This document shows positions 11,961 through 23,422 of a stretch of 64,000 bases of DNA, in pieces. The notes beneath the pieces were generated by a model. That model ran no database searches. It had not been told where the DNA came from and saw only the letters and a program-made list of their open reading frames with translations. Within the stretch, counting starts at the first letter, position 1. Every line of letters begins with the position of its first letter. The DNA comes from Camelus dromedarius (Eukaryota): positions 37,326,001 to 37,390,000 of the forward strand of contig NC_087447.1 of assembly GCF_036321535.1 (NCBI RefSeq), given 5' to 3'. The position numbers were made by a program, and so were the translations under genes.

Positions 11961-12709
11961 TGGATGGCTGTTTTGATCCTCTTCAGTTATCAGATTATTT
12001 ATTCATGGGATTTAAAGATTCAAAGACAGAAACCAAGAGAAAAGTTGGTCAAAATCTTTTCCATAATACTTAAAGGGTGTCCTTATACCCTTTAGACATC
12101 CTTTAAAAAGGAACGTTAATAGAATTTACCACATTGGCTTGTAAGGATTACATTAAATAATGCATGCAGAGCACTTAGCACAGAGCCTAGCACCAAGTAG
12201 ATGGCCAATTTTTTTTTTTTTTTTACTTTGAGCCAAAAATGGTCATATTTGAAGAATTCAGTTCTAAGAGGAATTCAGGCATTCAATCCTTCAAACCAAA
12301 CCTAAACTATTTTATGCTTGGATTATTTCACCCTGGGTGAAGGGCGACTTCCAGGCATTTGAAAGCTCTGACGTCTCTCTGGCAACCCAGGAGTATTCTG
12401 GAGCCAAGATCCTAATGATTTAAGCATTAATAAATCCAGAGATAGGTCATTCAATTTTCTTTTAAATGCACATCATAAAAGAGGGAGGAATATTTGGGTC
12501 AAGATGTACTGAGGGTTTTACTGAATTTGAAGCCTTTGGAACATGTTTGTAGCAACTCACTAGATCTAGTACCACCCTGCATCTCCTCTACCCCAGGGCT
12601 GGGAGGGGGTGGTATTTGAACCTTGGGCAAAATCCTGCTTTCTTTCTGACTCTGAAAATGTTCTATGTTACACTTGAATAGCACTTTGGTCTAACAAGGA
12701 CTTCCACAT

Positions 12710-12870
12710 CAATTTTCTTTCATTAACCTCTCAAAACCCACTTACTTAAGAAGGAAGGGTAGAACTTGCCTATTTAACAGATGTGGAAACTGAGGTCCAG
12801 AAAGTGATGTGATTTGCTCAAAGCCCCAAAGAGAGTTGGCCAGAGAGCCCAGACTAAAAATGCCGCCTCT
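12710..12870 (-). mobile_element. MIR SINE
   Basis: ctatttaacagatgtggaaactgaggtccagaaagtgatgtgatttgctcaaag. Confidence 0.8.
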
Positions 12871-14279
12871 TGACCTCTCCTGGACCTCACACCTGCACAG
12901 GTGATCCACTGTAGCAGGACACAGCCCTGGGATCTGAGCAGCTCGCATGTGGGATGCGGCAGATTGGTATGCAAGCTTGGTGGGCTCTGGCTGATCTTGC
13001 TGAGGGAACCCTTCAATCTGAATAACAATCAACAAGATTTTAAAGAAATTTGGGCCAATTTCCTGGAAGTCTATGATTAATCTAATTGCTGGGTTTTCCT
13101 CTGTTTTTGTCTCCCACTGTTAATCTCATTTATTTTTCTCTTTCTTCCCCCACACAGACTGCCTTGTCTCTGTGCGCAGTTTTGTCACTGTTGTTATTTG
13201 TCCGTACATAGTTTATCATCGGCGATGCATTCAATGGGATTGTTGTACTCTGTGTTTGGGGAAGGAGACTCTTTCAATAGAGACAACATGATGCAGCCGG
13301 AAGAAAGAGCACTGGGCTGAATTTCAGAGGCCTTTTTGTGAAGCCTTAAGTCTACAGATACTTGCTATGCCTCCCTGGCTCTTCAGATACCCCCGCAGTG
13401 GAAGACAGCCCTCCGCAGTCCATTCTCCTGGCCCTTCCCTCTGTTAAAGAATACCTGGGATTGCATAAAAAATGTGAGGGGCTGTGCCATACATCCAGCT
13501 GTAGTGAATAAAGAAACAGTTCAAAAATAGATTTTGGTCCGATATAATAGAAATTACCTCCTTTCAGTAAAGGAATTCTGTTCTTTAGAGGATGCAGCAA
13601 AGAGACAGGGCCATGGTGATGATATTCTCAGAACCAAAGGTATTCCAGCACTTGGATTAGGACAGAGGTTAGGGAATGAGGGATAAAGAAATCAGAAGGG
13701 TAGAGTTCCCACTGGCCACAGCTGCCCATGTTAGAAGAGGTGGTCAGAGGGGCCTGGAGAGAGAGAGGCCAGTCTAATTTATCAACCAGGTGAATGAAGA
13801 GTGAAGCCAATTTTCCGCCACCTGTTTCTGTTACCTTGGATGCACTGAGCTGGGAAATGCAACCAGTCACTGACTCCCAGACACAGGAGAGTAGAGATGA
13901 GAGATTGGTCTGGCAAAACAGCCTCAGAAATGTTCAACTTAGTGGGTACAGCAGAGTGGCATTCCTGCTGAGAATGAAGCATAAGGAGCAGAGAGGAAGA
14001 ACGCAGTTCTTGGGCAGCCTGTTACCCGGGTGACCCCTGGTGTCCTCCCCACAGCCTGCCACCTGGAGACCCTGTTCACACCACACAGGATTCCTGGAGA
14101 AATAGGCCATGAGGTCAACCGAAGTCTCTGGTTCTTCATTCAGCCTGACTTCTATTCAAGGATTAAAGAATTCCTGCCCATGACTGTCTTTGAAGTCTAG
14201 AGATGTTCTTTCTCACCAACCACCTGCCAGAAAGCTGGAGATGCATGAAATACTTGGTAGGTAACCTAGGAACCAATAA

Positions 14280-14660
14280 TAATAATGACCCTTAATATTA
14301 GGCCTTTAATGTGTGCCAGCTATAGACCTGCCTTATCGCATTGTTCCACATCCTCACTCTTACAATATTTATTTTATAATAAGCACTAGCTACATAATTT
14401 GCAAGGCCCAGCCCTGTTCAAAATGAAAATACTGGCCCGTTGTTAAAAAATCATGAAGAATTTCAAGACGGCAAGAACAGAGCATTAAAGCAGGTACAAG
14501 GCCCTTCTGAGCACGGGCCCTGTGTGGATGCACAGGTCACATGCTCATGAAGTTGGCCCTGCTTGTAATTATAACTAAGACATAGAGGTACTAAGTAATT
14601 TCCCCATGATGAAGAAGTTATTAAGCTGAGGGTCTGTCTGACTGCAGAACCTGAACTCTT
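14280..14660 (-). mobile_element. MIR SINE split by MER45A
   Basis: aataataatgaccc...atgtgtgccagc on the left; agaggtactaagtaatttccccatg...gggtctgtctgactgcagaacctgaactctt on the right. Confidence 0.65.
14381..14561 (-). mobile_element. MER45A hAT-Tip100 MITE
   Basis: gctacataatttgcaaggccc...cagagcattaaa...gcacaggtcacatgctcatgaagttggccctg; 8-bp TSD-like tttataat/cttgtaat. Confidence 0.9.
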
Positions 14661-15489
14661 GACCAGTCCATTAAATTGTCTCAAGCCAGATAGATGGTTA
14701 ATGGTGAGCCCTCTAGCCTTACCAACACTCCCTGTTCTAGGCACTTGAGGGAGGAGTTAGCTGATCCCACTCAAGGGACCTCAGCCTGGTTATGTTGTGA
14801 GCCTGCTCAGGAGGTTCTGGTCATGGCTGTGGTCCAGCCATGGGTTCTCACTATCCAGGCTTTAGAGGCATCATCTGCCACTGGACCACATTGCCTCATT
14901 CTAGAAACAATAGCTGCAAAATCAGCAGTAACAGCCATGAGCAAACCTGCACACCTGGAAATGGCTTGTTTGGTTGAACCACAGCCTTCCCAGGTCTGAT
15001 AGAGATGGCTCTGTCTCAAACAAACTTCCACATCTGCACTCCAGGTGGTGCACCTGCTGGCCTCATTTGTTCCGATTCCTTTTTTTTTCCCCCAGAGAGA
15101 CAATGACAGAGATTGCACAGAGGTCTTCTATTTGTTTTACTGGGACTTCCTGTCCCAGAGTCCCAGTTTCTTTTCTACGTTTTCTCCCAGGAGCTAAGAA
15201 CTCCCTATGCCACCACATTTCAGAGCTGTTGAGATGTGGAAGGAGACTAGGCTGTGGGCTATCTTCCCTCACCTCCCACCATCCAGGAATTTGTACCTCC
15301 CCTCGGGAGCATGCAAGTGATGGCTGTCATCAGAATCTCTGCTAACTGGACTCTGTGCACTGCAGAGGTGACACAGGGCACCGTCACAAATCAGACCAGG
15401 TGTAAAGGCAGGAGGCCATCTGGGCTTTTATCTGGAAGAGGAGGAAGACTTGGCAGTGGTGTGAGGTCATGGAGAGGATTAGCCTGGTA

Positions 15490-15900
15490 ATAAGCTGGGC
15501 ATTGAATATAGAGCAATGAAGAGACAAGCATGGCTTCCCAACTCCTGGAGCTCGTGGTCTAGCAGGCAATATGGACAACAAACAAACAGTTTTGTAAATA
15601 CTTAGTTATACTGGTGGAAGTGATGGGTAAACACAAGATGATGTGAAAATGTGGACAGAGATGGCCTGCTCTAGTCAGAGGGGTCAGGAAGGGTTTGAAA
15701 AAATGACATTTAAGCAGAAACCTCCACAAAGAGTAGAAGTTGCCCAGGAAATGGGTGAGAGAGGTGACCAGAGGGGGATCCAGCAAAGAAAACAGCCACC
15801 CCAAGCCAGGAATGTGCCTGGCCCTTGCCTCAGTGCTGCCAGAGGGTCACCAGGAGAGATGCTGCTTCAGAGAGAGGGCAAGGAAGAGAACGTAGGAGGG
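15490..15900 (-). mobile_element. L2 fragment
   Basis: ggagctcgtggtctagcagg...ggggtcaggaagggtttg...tgacatttaagcagaaacct. Confidence 0.7.
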
Positions 15901-16349
15901 TAGAAAGAACAAGGAAGGGGGACCGAATTGACTGGAGCTGGAGGGGACAGCAGAACGAGGGAGATGGGGAAGAGACCCACGAAGGGGAATAAGAATACTG
16001 AAGCCCCCGGTTCTGAGCCAGATCTCAGAGGCTAGCCCTCCCCTGGGGGAGAAGCAGCTCGGTAGAGCTTTGGGACTTCTACCAAAGGTACCCACATCTT
16101 CTGCAGCCTTTCCTCAGAAGCGCATCTGTTCTTTCTCTAGGGGGATCATAGCTCTAAAGGGCAGGTCAGCCATGATCGGAGTGAAGGCCACTCACTTGGA
16201 ACTGTGCAGTTCTTTCAGTATTGTCACCTTGCACGAGGGTAAGAGTGATTCCACAGGAGTGGCATGGGGATTAAGGGAGAGAATGCCTGCAGAGTGCCTC
16301 GCAGGGTGCTTAGCGTGTGGGAGCCAGGCAAGAGCATCGGCTGCTGCTC

Positions 16350-16510
16350 ATGCTGTGGAGTGGAGGAAAACAAGCTTCGGGGTTAGGGCGACCTAAGTGC
16401 GAAACCTGCTTGTCTCACTAGTTTTATGATCTCAGGCTGATTGCTTAGCCCTTCATAGTTGCACTTTCATCATCTGTAAAATGGGGATAATAGGACTTAG
16501 TAATGGAAAG
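16350..16510 (+). mobile_element. MIR SINE
   Basis: tcatcatctgtaaaatggggataatag core. Confidence 0.75.
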
Positions 16511-16908
16511 AACTAGGGCACATAGTTAATAATCATCCCTTACTCTTCATTTCCTCTTAATTTTTCAATATGTTTGTAAATCCAGCCTGTCTCAACATTT
16601 GAGAGAATGAGGGTCTTTGTGCACCCAGTTTGCCATCCTCTCACCATTCCTTCAAGAGGACCACGGAGCCAGCCTGGAAGATGAAGAATTCCCTCAACCC
16701 CTACCTGCAGTTTGCAAAGCCCACTCATATGCTTTGCTAACCTCAGAATGGTCTCTTAAAGGGGCTTGAAAGTAGGAGTTATATCCTCATTTCATGGTGA
16801 AGTAAACAGAAACTCTGAGAGCTCTATTTACTCCTCCAAATTATTGACTTCTCTTGCAGATCCAATGCTCAACCCCATGCAAGACAGCACACCCATTCTC
16901 CAGATGCC

Positions 16909-16958
16909 AAAAAAAAAAAAAAAAAAAACCCACACACACACAAACAAAACAAAAACAG
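16909..16958 (+). repeat. A-rich/CA low-complexity tract
   Basis: Poly(A) followed by cacacacacaaacaaaacaaaaac. Confidence 0.85.
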
Positions 16959-18479
16959 AAAAGGGACTTTCAAGATGCTGGGGTGTACAAGTAGAAAAAA
17001 GTTAAATGAAGTTCCTTCAGATAATCTTCCAATAGGGACCAGTTTGGGGTAGATGTGTATTGCTGCAGAGGGTAGGGTGGGGTGGAGGGGAGGGATGGAT
17101 GGCCTGGACTAGACTAGTTCATGTTATGTAGCCCTTGACCTTCAGGAAAAACAGGGTCCCAGAGAGGGCTGGGAGAGCCCATGGGGACAGGTAGATCCCA
17201 GAGTTTTCTGCCACAAGAAGTTGATGCAGGCCCTAAACACTCCTCCTGGCTCCTCCCTCCCTCCCCAACAAGAGCCTTCCTGCCAGCTAATCCCTGGGGG
17301 GCCACTGCTCACCCTCCCACCTGGGCTCCATCCAGTCTTTCTCTGCTCTTGCCAGGGGCTGGAGTGCTGGTGGCCGGCTCCTCCAGCTCGCCTCCATTGG
17401 CCCGAGTGCGTCCTAGCCCACTCTGGATATTAGAGCATTCTCTCGTTTGAAAGGCTCCTTTATTTTTAGTGCTAAATCAACAAAGCTGTTACTGTCATTT
17501 TCCATCAGACCGTCATCTTCCACGGATTCAAAATTACACTCAGCTGCAAACTATTGACACTCCTCTTAACAAAAAAATGGTTTTAATAAATCTTTACATT
17601 AGCCTATGAGATAAAAAAAAATCTTTACCATGAAATATACAAGTGTATAAGTGTTTTATGAAAGTTTTATTAACTTTACAAAAGAAAAATTGGCAGTGGA
17701 CCATGAACATCCTGTACTCCTAACACGTGGTTATAAATTACATGTTCTTTCCAATAACATCTGAAAAAGAGACTGTAATTTAAATTTCAAAACCACTTGG
17801 CATACCTACTATATAGTGCTGACATGAAGTAAAAGGAGGAACTAGAGAGGCCCAGACAAAGAAGGGAAATATAAAGACGTCCTTAGCTAAAAAGCTGCTG
17901 ATGGGTACAATTCCCCTCCAGCTGGACAGGGATCAAGTACTTGCTTGTCATATCATTCAATGCACTGTTCATTCTGGGATTCTTCCTTTCAACAAAAAGA
18001 GAACTTAAGTGCTAGTAATCATCGCTTGCAGAACTTTATCTCCCAGATACCTTCTTTATGTCAGGATTTCTCAATGACCGCTGCCGCTGGCAGAGGGATC
18101 AAAGTTGTTATTAAACACAAATGCAATTCCCAGCCCATGCAGGAGGTGGGAGCAGTGATGCTCCCTCCCTGGGATGGAAACTACCATGGCCTTAAGGCTC
18201 TTTCATTTTCTTTTGCCGCTTCTTAGATTTTGAAAGAAAGTTCCTACAGGGTCTGTCCAGCATGGGGATTGGAGACCAGCTTTTCTTTGCAAGCAAGTGC
18301 TTGAGTGTCAGGAATACTTTGGGACCTTAGGGCCACCCAGCGGGATGCTTGGCATTTGGAGAAGCCATCTGAAAGTGAGCTGATGGCAGGCGATCTGGCT
18401 GTCACCTGCCAAGTGCATTCTTTGGGGGATGGAAATATCCACAGGATCTCAGCGGCACTGAGCCTGCTTTCCAGATAGT

Positions 18480-18590
18480 CACAGAGCAGAGAGGCATCAT
18501 TTGAAGTCATGCAAACTTGGATTCAAAGTTGAGTTATGACAGTTACTAGCTGTGTGATCCTGAGTGAGCTCCTTACCCTGTCTCTTCTCT
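18480..18590 (+). mobile_element. MIR SINE fragment
   Basis: aacttggattcaaag...gttactagctgtgtgatcctgagtgag. Confidence 0.65.
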
Positions 18591-19503
18591 GGGAGTCACA
18601 CTGAGAATGGCTGAATGTCTGAGACAGCTGCCCTGGGTGTACAAGCTCACCACATATGCAGCCTGAAGATGAGGCCTAGAGGTCATGCCTTCCAGATCCA
18701 AGAGCTTAGCATCTGTTGAAAATGGTTCATGAGAGGTGGAGGCGGGCAAGGGGGCCTCTGCGGTGGTCCCTGCAGGCATGCTCTCCCAGGAATCGAGATT
18801 TTGTAGCTTCATGAAAGGTCTTGAATCTTCCAGTTTGCCACTGACAAAATCTCAGCCTCTAAGAAGTGTCCCCAAGTTGGGGGCCCCAGGCCAGACAGCC
18901 CAAGCTAGAAACTAGAAAACAATGCTGGGAAACCCTCTTACTTGGGGGGTAGGTGGCACTGGGAACTCCTGCAGGGTTTCCAAGTAGAGAGCCAGGGCCC
19001 AGGTCTTGGAAGAAACCCTTCAAATCATTTCCTTCCCTGGTAGAAAAAATTCAGATGGACTTCCAATCAGATGAAAGACATTCTTATGTTCTTTCAGAAA
19101 CACTGGCGATGGGAGAACCGTGCTAACACACCTGCCCCTTTGCCTTTCATCTTCACTTGTGTGGTTATTTTTTAACTTATTTTCTTAGTTGTTGGATTAG
19201 TTCAGGAAATAAACTGGAGAAGAAAGCTGGAATGACCTTGGAGAACTGACTATGTGGGGACCCAGAAGGCCCTGCACCCCATTACGAAAGGGAAATATGC
19301 GCCTTTGATGGAAAAACACAACTTTTGACCAAATAAATTATTTTCTTCCAGTTCAAAATAAGTGACGGTCCTTACAAAGTAAAACTTGCCCTCTTTCCAA
19401 ATGTGTTGAAGGAAAATGACATGTGTCTTGGATGCAGATTTACAAGGACATCATGTTAATCTGCTGGGGTCTCATCGCCCCCTGATGAGAAGGCAGACAG
19501 GCT

Positions 19504-19517
19504 GGGGGGGGGGGGGG
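19504..19517 (+). repeat. Poly(G) run (G14)
   Basis: Directly visible. Confidence 0.9.
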
Positions 19518-19879
19518 CTCACAGTGCAGTGCCTGGGAACAGCTGTGACTGCGTGGATGTCACATTCAGAGACCAGGCGGGAGCTGGCAGTGGCCAGTCA
19601 GGGCTGCCCAAACTTCATTATGTGGGGAAAATGCACCCTGTGACAAGATGTAGAAGATCTGAGAATCAGTGAGAAAAGTTCATTTGGACTGACTGGAACT
19701 TGATTAGTTTTAAGCTGGGTGTGTTGCTACTGCCTCCCTGACTTAGTCTTCAGAATATCAATGAATACTTTGAGGAAAAGGAGAAGTACAGGAGACATAC
19801 CTAGGGATGGCGCACACCCTTCTTAATGGCAAGAACAGCAACCACTGCACAAGGACCATGGTCACAGTGATGTGGAAGA

Positions 19880-20080
19880 AGGCTCAGTTTTATTGAAGCC
19901 TCACTCTGCCCTGGGCACTGAGGTGAACATGCATTATCTAATTTATTCCACATAACAAACCCTTGAGGTTGTTATTATGTGTTCTTAAATCCAGTTTGCA
20001 GATTAAAAAACCCTTTGGCACAGAGAGGTAAATGAGTTGTCTGAAGACACACAGCCTGAGGTTTGTACCACACGTGAACT
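19880..20080 (-). mobile_element. MIR SINE
   Basis: tttattgaagcctcactctgccctgggcactg...ggcacagagaggtaaatgagttgtctgaagacacacagc. Confidence 0.75.
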
Positions 20081-20799
20081 TTCATTTTCCATGATCTGGC
20101 CAAGCTAGAACTCCTAACATGCACGCCCACATCTGCACCTCCTCTGGAAGTGATCTCCGGCCCTGCCTGCCTTCTCCCATCCATCTCCAGGTTTAACTAG
20201 GGTTATCTAGATGGCAGGAAGAGGTTGGCCACTGGTCTGGGGATGCCCTAAGGGCTGTGCTGGGACATCTGACTCAGGGGTAGGAAGTGACATCAGGAGC
20301 TCCTGCAACTGGGGAAATGCCAGCACATGAGGAGGGAGCTCTCTCCCAGCTATATGGAAAGGCTGACCTAGCTGGTCATGGGGCACAGAGACAGGGAAAC
20401 CTAGCTGGTAGTCATAACCTGAGAGGCCTGTCCATGGGCAACACGCAAGCCCTGACACCAGCCAGCCAACCGGGGCAGTGAGGGCAGGTCAGGAGTTGGA
20501 GGCAGGGGTGGGACTCCTTGGCCTGGAACAGGCCTGACCAGTGCCAGAAAGGGCCCGTGTCCTGCATGCGGGCTGGTGTCAGGGCAGATAATTGTCACAA
20601 AGACTTGGGACCAAGATCCAAGGCTAATACCCAGGGTTAGACCCATATTACATGGTGTAAGGATGCGATGCTGTGAGCATGGGGCCATTGATCCCCATGG
20701 AGACACAAAATCAGCAACAGAAGAACTGTAAGAATGACTTGTTCCTAAAGCTCCTTCTGCAAACAGGCTGTGCAGAAGGAGAGGGGCACACAGAGAAGA

Positions 20800-21200
20800 T
20801 AACCCTTATTAAACACCTACTACGTGGCAGGAGTTGCACAAAGAATTTGATGTGCACAACATTTCATTCAATCCTTTCCACAACCCAATGGCCCGATGTA
20901 GCGTCTGGAAAATACAGATATGGTAGCCGGATGGGGAACAGGGACTGACACTTACTCAGTGGTAGCTCGCTTGTACCTATTATTTTCCATACAATATCAT
21001 ACACATTTTTAAAATATGTATCTATGTGTACACATATAATATATGCACTCAATTCTGTGAGAGCACAAGTATCCTCATTTTGTAGAAGAGGGAGTAAAGA
21101 CTGGAAGGAGTTAATGATTTGCTCCAGATGATGCAGCTGATTGGCAGCGGACTCAGGATTTGAACTCAGTCCTTTCTGGCTCAAAAGTCAGCATGTCGTC
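20800..21200 (-). mobile_element. MIR SINE pieces with an intervening unassigned segment
   Basis: ttattaaacacctacttacgtggcagg-like tail at ~20805; atcctcattttgtagaagagg...ggatttgaactcagtcc at 21070-21170. Confidence 0.6.
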
Positions 21201-21984
21201 CACTCCCTGGGTGGCAGATGGGAAGAAGGGCCCTGGAAGAAGACTGTTCTCCTTCCCACAGTCACTTGCTCATTTTTACCACTTTTCTCTGCCCTCACCT
21301 GGTCATCGGAGGCCCCATGTCCTCCCCCTCCCCTGGCTCTAGCCAACATCAGCCAGCAAGACTCCACAGCTCAGGTTAGGACAGACAACATCATTCAAGA
21401 ACTGAAACCCAAGCAGTGCTCCTCTGTGTGGGCGTCGGGGGCCCAGCTAGCAGCACAGACTCTGGCTCCTCTTCCTTCTTGTGACTGGTCTCCATGCAGG
21501 GGAGGAGGCCGGGGCAGGGCTTTCCCTACTCAGAAGGCCAGGCGCATGAAGCCGAAAGCACCTCTTTTTGAGATGCAAAGCTCAAATGTTAACCTCTCTC
21601 TTACTCTCTGACAGAGGTTTTCAATTTTCTGTTTTCAATACTTGATCTCATTCTTAAAATGAAATCCTACCAGGAAGCCCTATGTATAAAGTGCATCAAA
21701 GAGAAGCTGTATTTGTTGACTTCGGGGATGGTGGTGTGGCCAGAAATCCTGACCGCTGGGTTCCCCACCCTTGAACCACCTCCCAGGACCTCAGGGCTTC
21801 TTTGAACCCAGCTCAGAAACTGAGGATCTGCTCCATGATGCTGTCCAATACAGAGATAATTAGTGCACGAGGACACAAAACCCTAATTGTGTTGGGATGC
21901 CTAGGTCTCTGGGGGAGTTAGGTTAAGCCTGTGCACCCTGGACACAAGCCATGCCTCTTTGAAGGATAAAGGAAAGGAAAGTGA

Positions 21985-22200
21985 ACTCACATTTATTGAG
22001 CACCTAGTAAGTACTAAGTGGTTCTTTTTTTTGTACATGGAAACACTGCCTCAATTATTTTGTACAAAAATCCTCTGAAATGGGACTTTATCCCTATGCC
22101 CAATTTCTCATATGACTTAAACTCTAAAAGGTTAAGTAACATGGCCAAACATCATTTAAGCATGAAGTGGTCAGCACAGAAACTTAAAACCACACCCTTC
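21985..22200 (-). mobile_element. MIR SINE
   Basis: acatttattgagcacctagta...aggttaagtaacatggccaa. Confidence 0.75.
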
Positions 22201-22639
22201 TATACAAAGGAATATGCTCGATACTAGCCCTGTGCTAGGTGGCAATTTATCTTACACGAGGATACAGAAGGCACCTGGCATCTGCCAGGGCCTCAGGGTC
22301 CTCTCTCACGGTGCCAGGGAATACAAAAGGGAAGAGATATGGGCAACCCTGGTGTCACATGGAGAGCATTGGAATGGGAGTCAAGAGACTAGGATTCTGG
22401 TCCTGGCTCTGCCCCTGATGTACCGGACAAGAGACCTCCCTGGTCAAGTTGCAGGGCTGGGCTGAGGACAATGCTTTGGAGACTTGAAGCTTCCAAATGA
22501 GGAGATTTTGATTCTGAATAAGATCATTTGCTAAATCAGTTTCTAACGATTTAGTATCATCCTATCTCCGAAAGTGCATAGTTTTCTACAAATAAACTCC
22601 ATTAATGTACACCTCCTGTCAGCTACAGAAGCCAGCAGC

Positions 22640-22830
22640 AGGGAAAGAGCCAGGGAGTCAGGGCCAAAAGCACTGTGATGGGCTTCTGGCCTCAGCACTT
22701 GTTAGCTGTGTGACTTAGGGTAAATAACTCAACACACCCGTTTTGATCGAAAGGTTCCTCTCTGTGAAAATCTCATCTCACAGAACTCTTATAAGAATTA
22801 AAATATGCAAATGAATACAAAGTGTCAAAT
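22640..22830 (+). mobile_element. MIR SINE
   Basis: cacttgttagctgtgtgacttagggtaaataactcaac. Confidence 0.7.
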
Positions 22831-22914
22831 GCATGTTTACAAATAGTATGCATATAGTATGTAAAGTTCTTCTCTCTACTCTCAAAACAGAAAAATTAAA
22901 ATTAAATAGTGGTC

Positions 22915-23140
22915 TCTAAAAACTCCTTTTCATCCTCCAAAACCCAGATTAATTGTTACTTCTTTCAGTCCCTCTTCCTTGAGCCTCCAAAACAGAGCTA
23001 CCCCCACTTACAAGCTATCAGGGGACTTTATACTTGCTTCTACAACTCCATGCTAGTTTTACTAAGATTTGTAATTTCCTGTTTTCACATTTGTTTTCCC
23101 CACTAGCCTGTGAACTCCCTAGTGGAAGCCTGGCACATGC
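22915..23140 (+). mobile_element. L2 fragment
   Basis: aactccttttcatcctccaaaacccag...ttccccactagcctgtgaactcc. Confidence 0.6.
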
Positions 23141-23370
23141 AAGTCAGCTATCCACATCTGAGGAGCTGCACTTACAGTTGGTAACCCCTGAGTCACCCCT
23201 ACCATCAATGCAGCCAGCATCCCACTGACTGGGAAAGTTAGAGGGCCCTCCCTCCACCCAAAACTTGACAACCCATTTGATCTGCTCTCCAGAAGAGCAC
23301 TGCACCTATGAGCCTTTTTTTGTGAAAACTAATTCTTCAGGGCCCTCAGGAAATAACTCTGAGGGTGTAT

Positions 23371-23372
<2 letters not shown>

Positions 23373-23420
<48 letters not shown>
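23373..23420 (+). repeat. (GT)24 microsatellite
   Basis: Perfect dinucleotide run. Confidence 0.97.
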
Positions 23421-23422
<2 letters not shown>

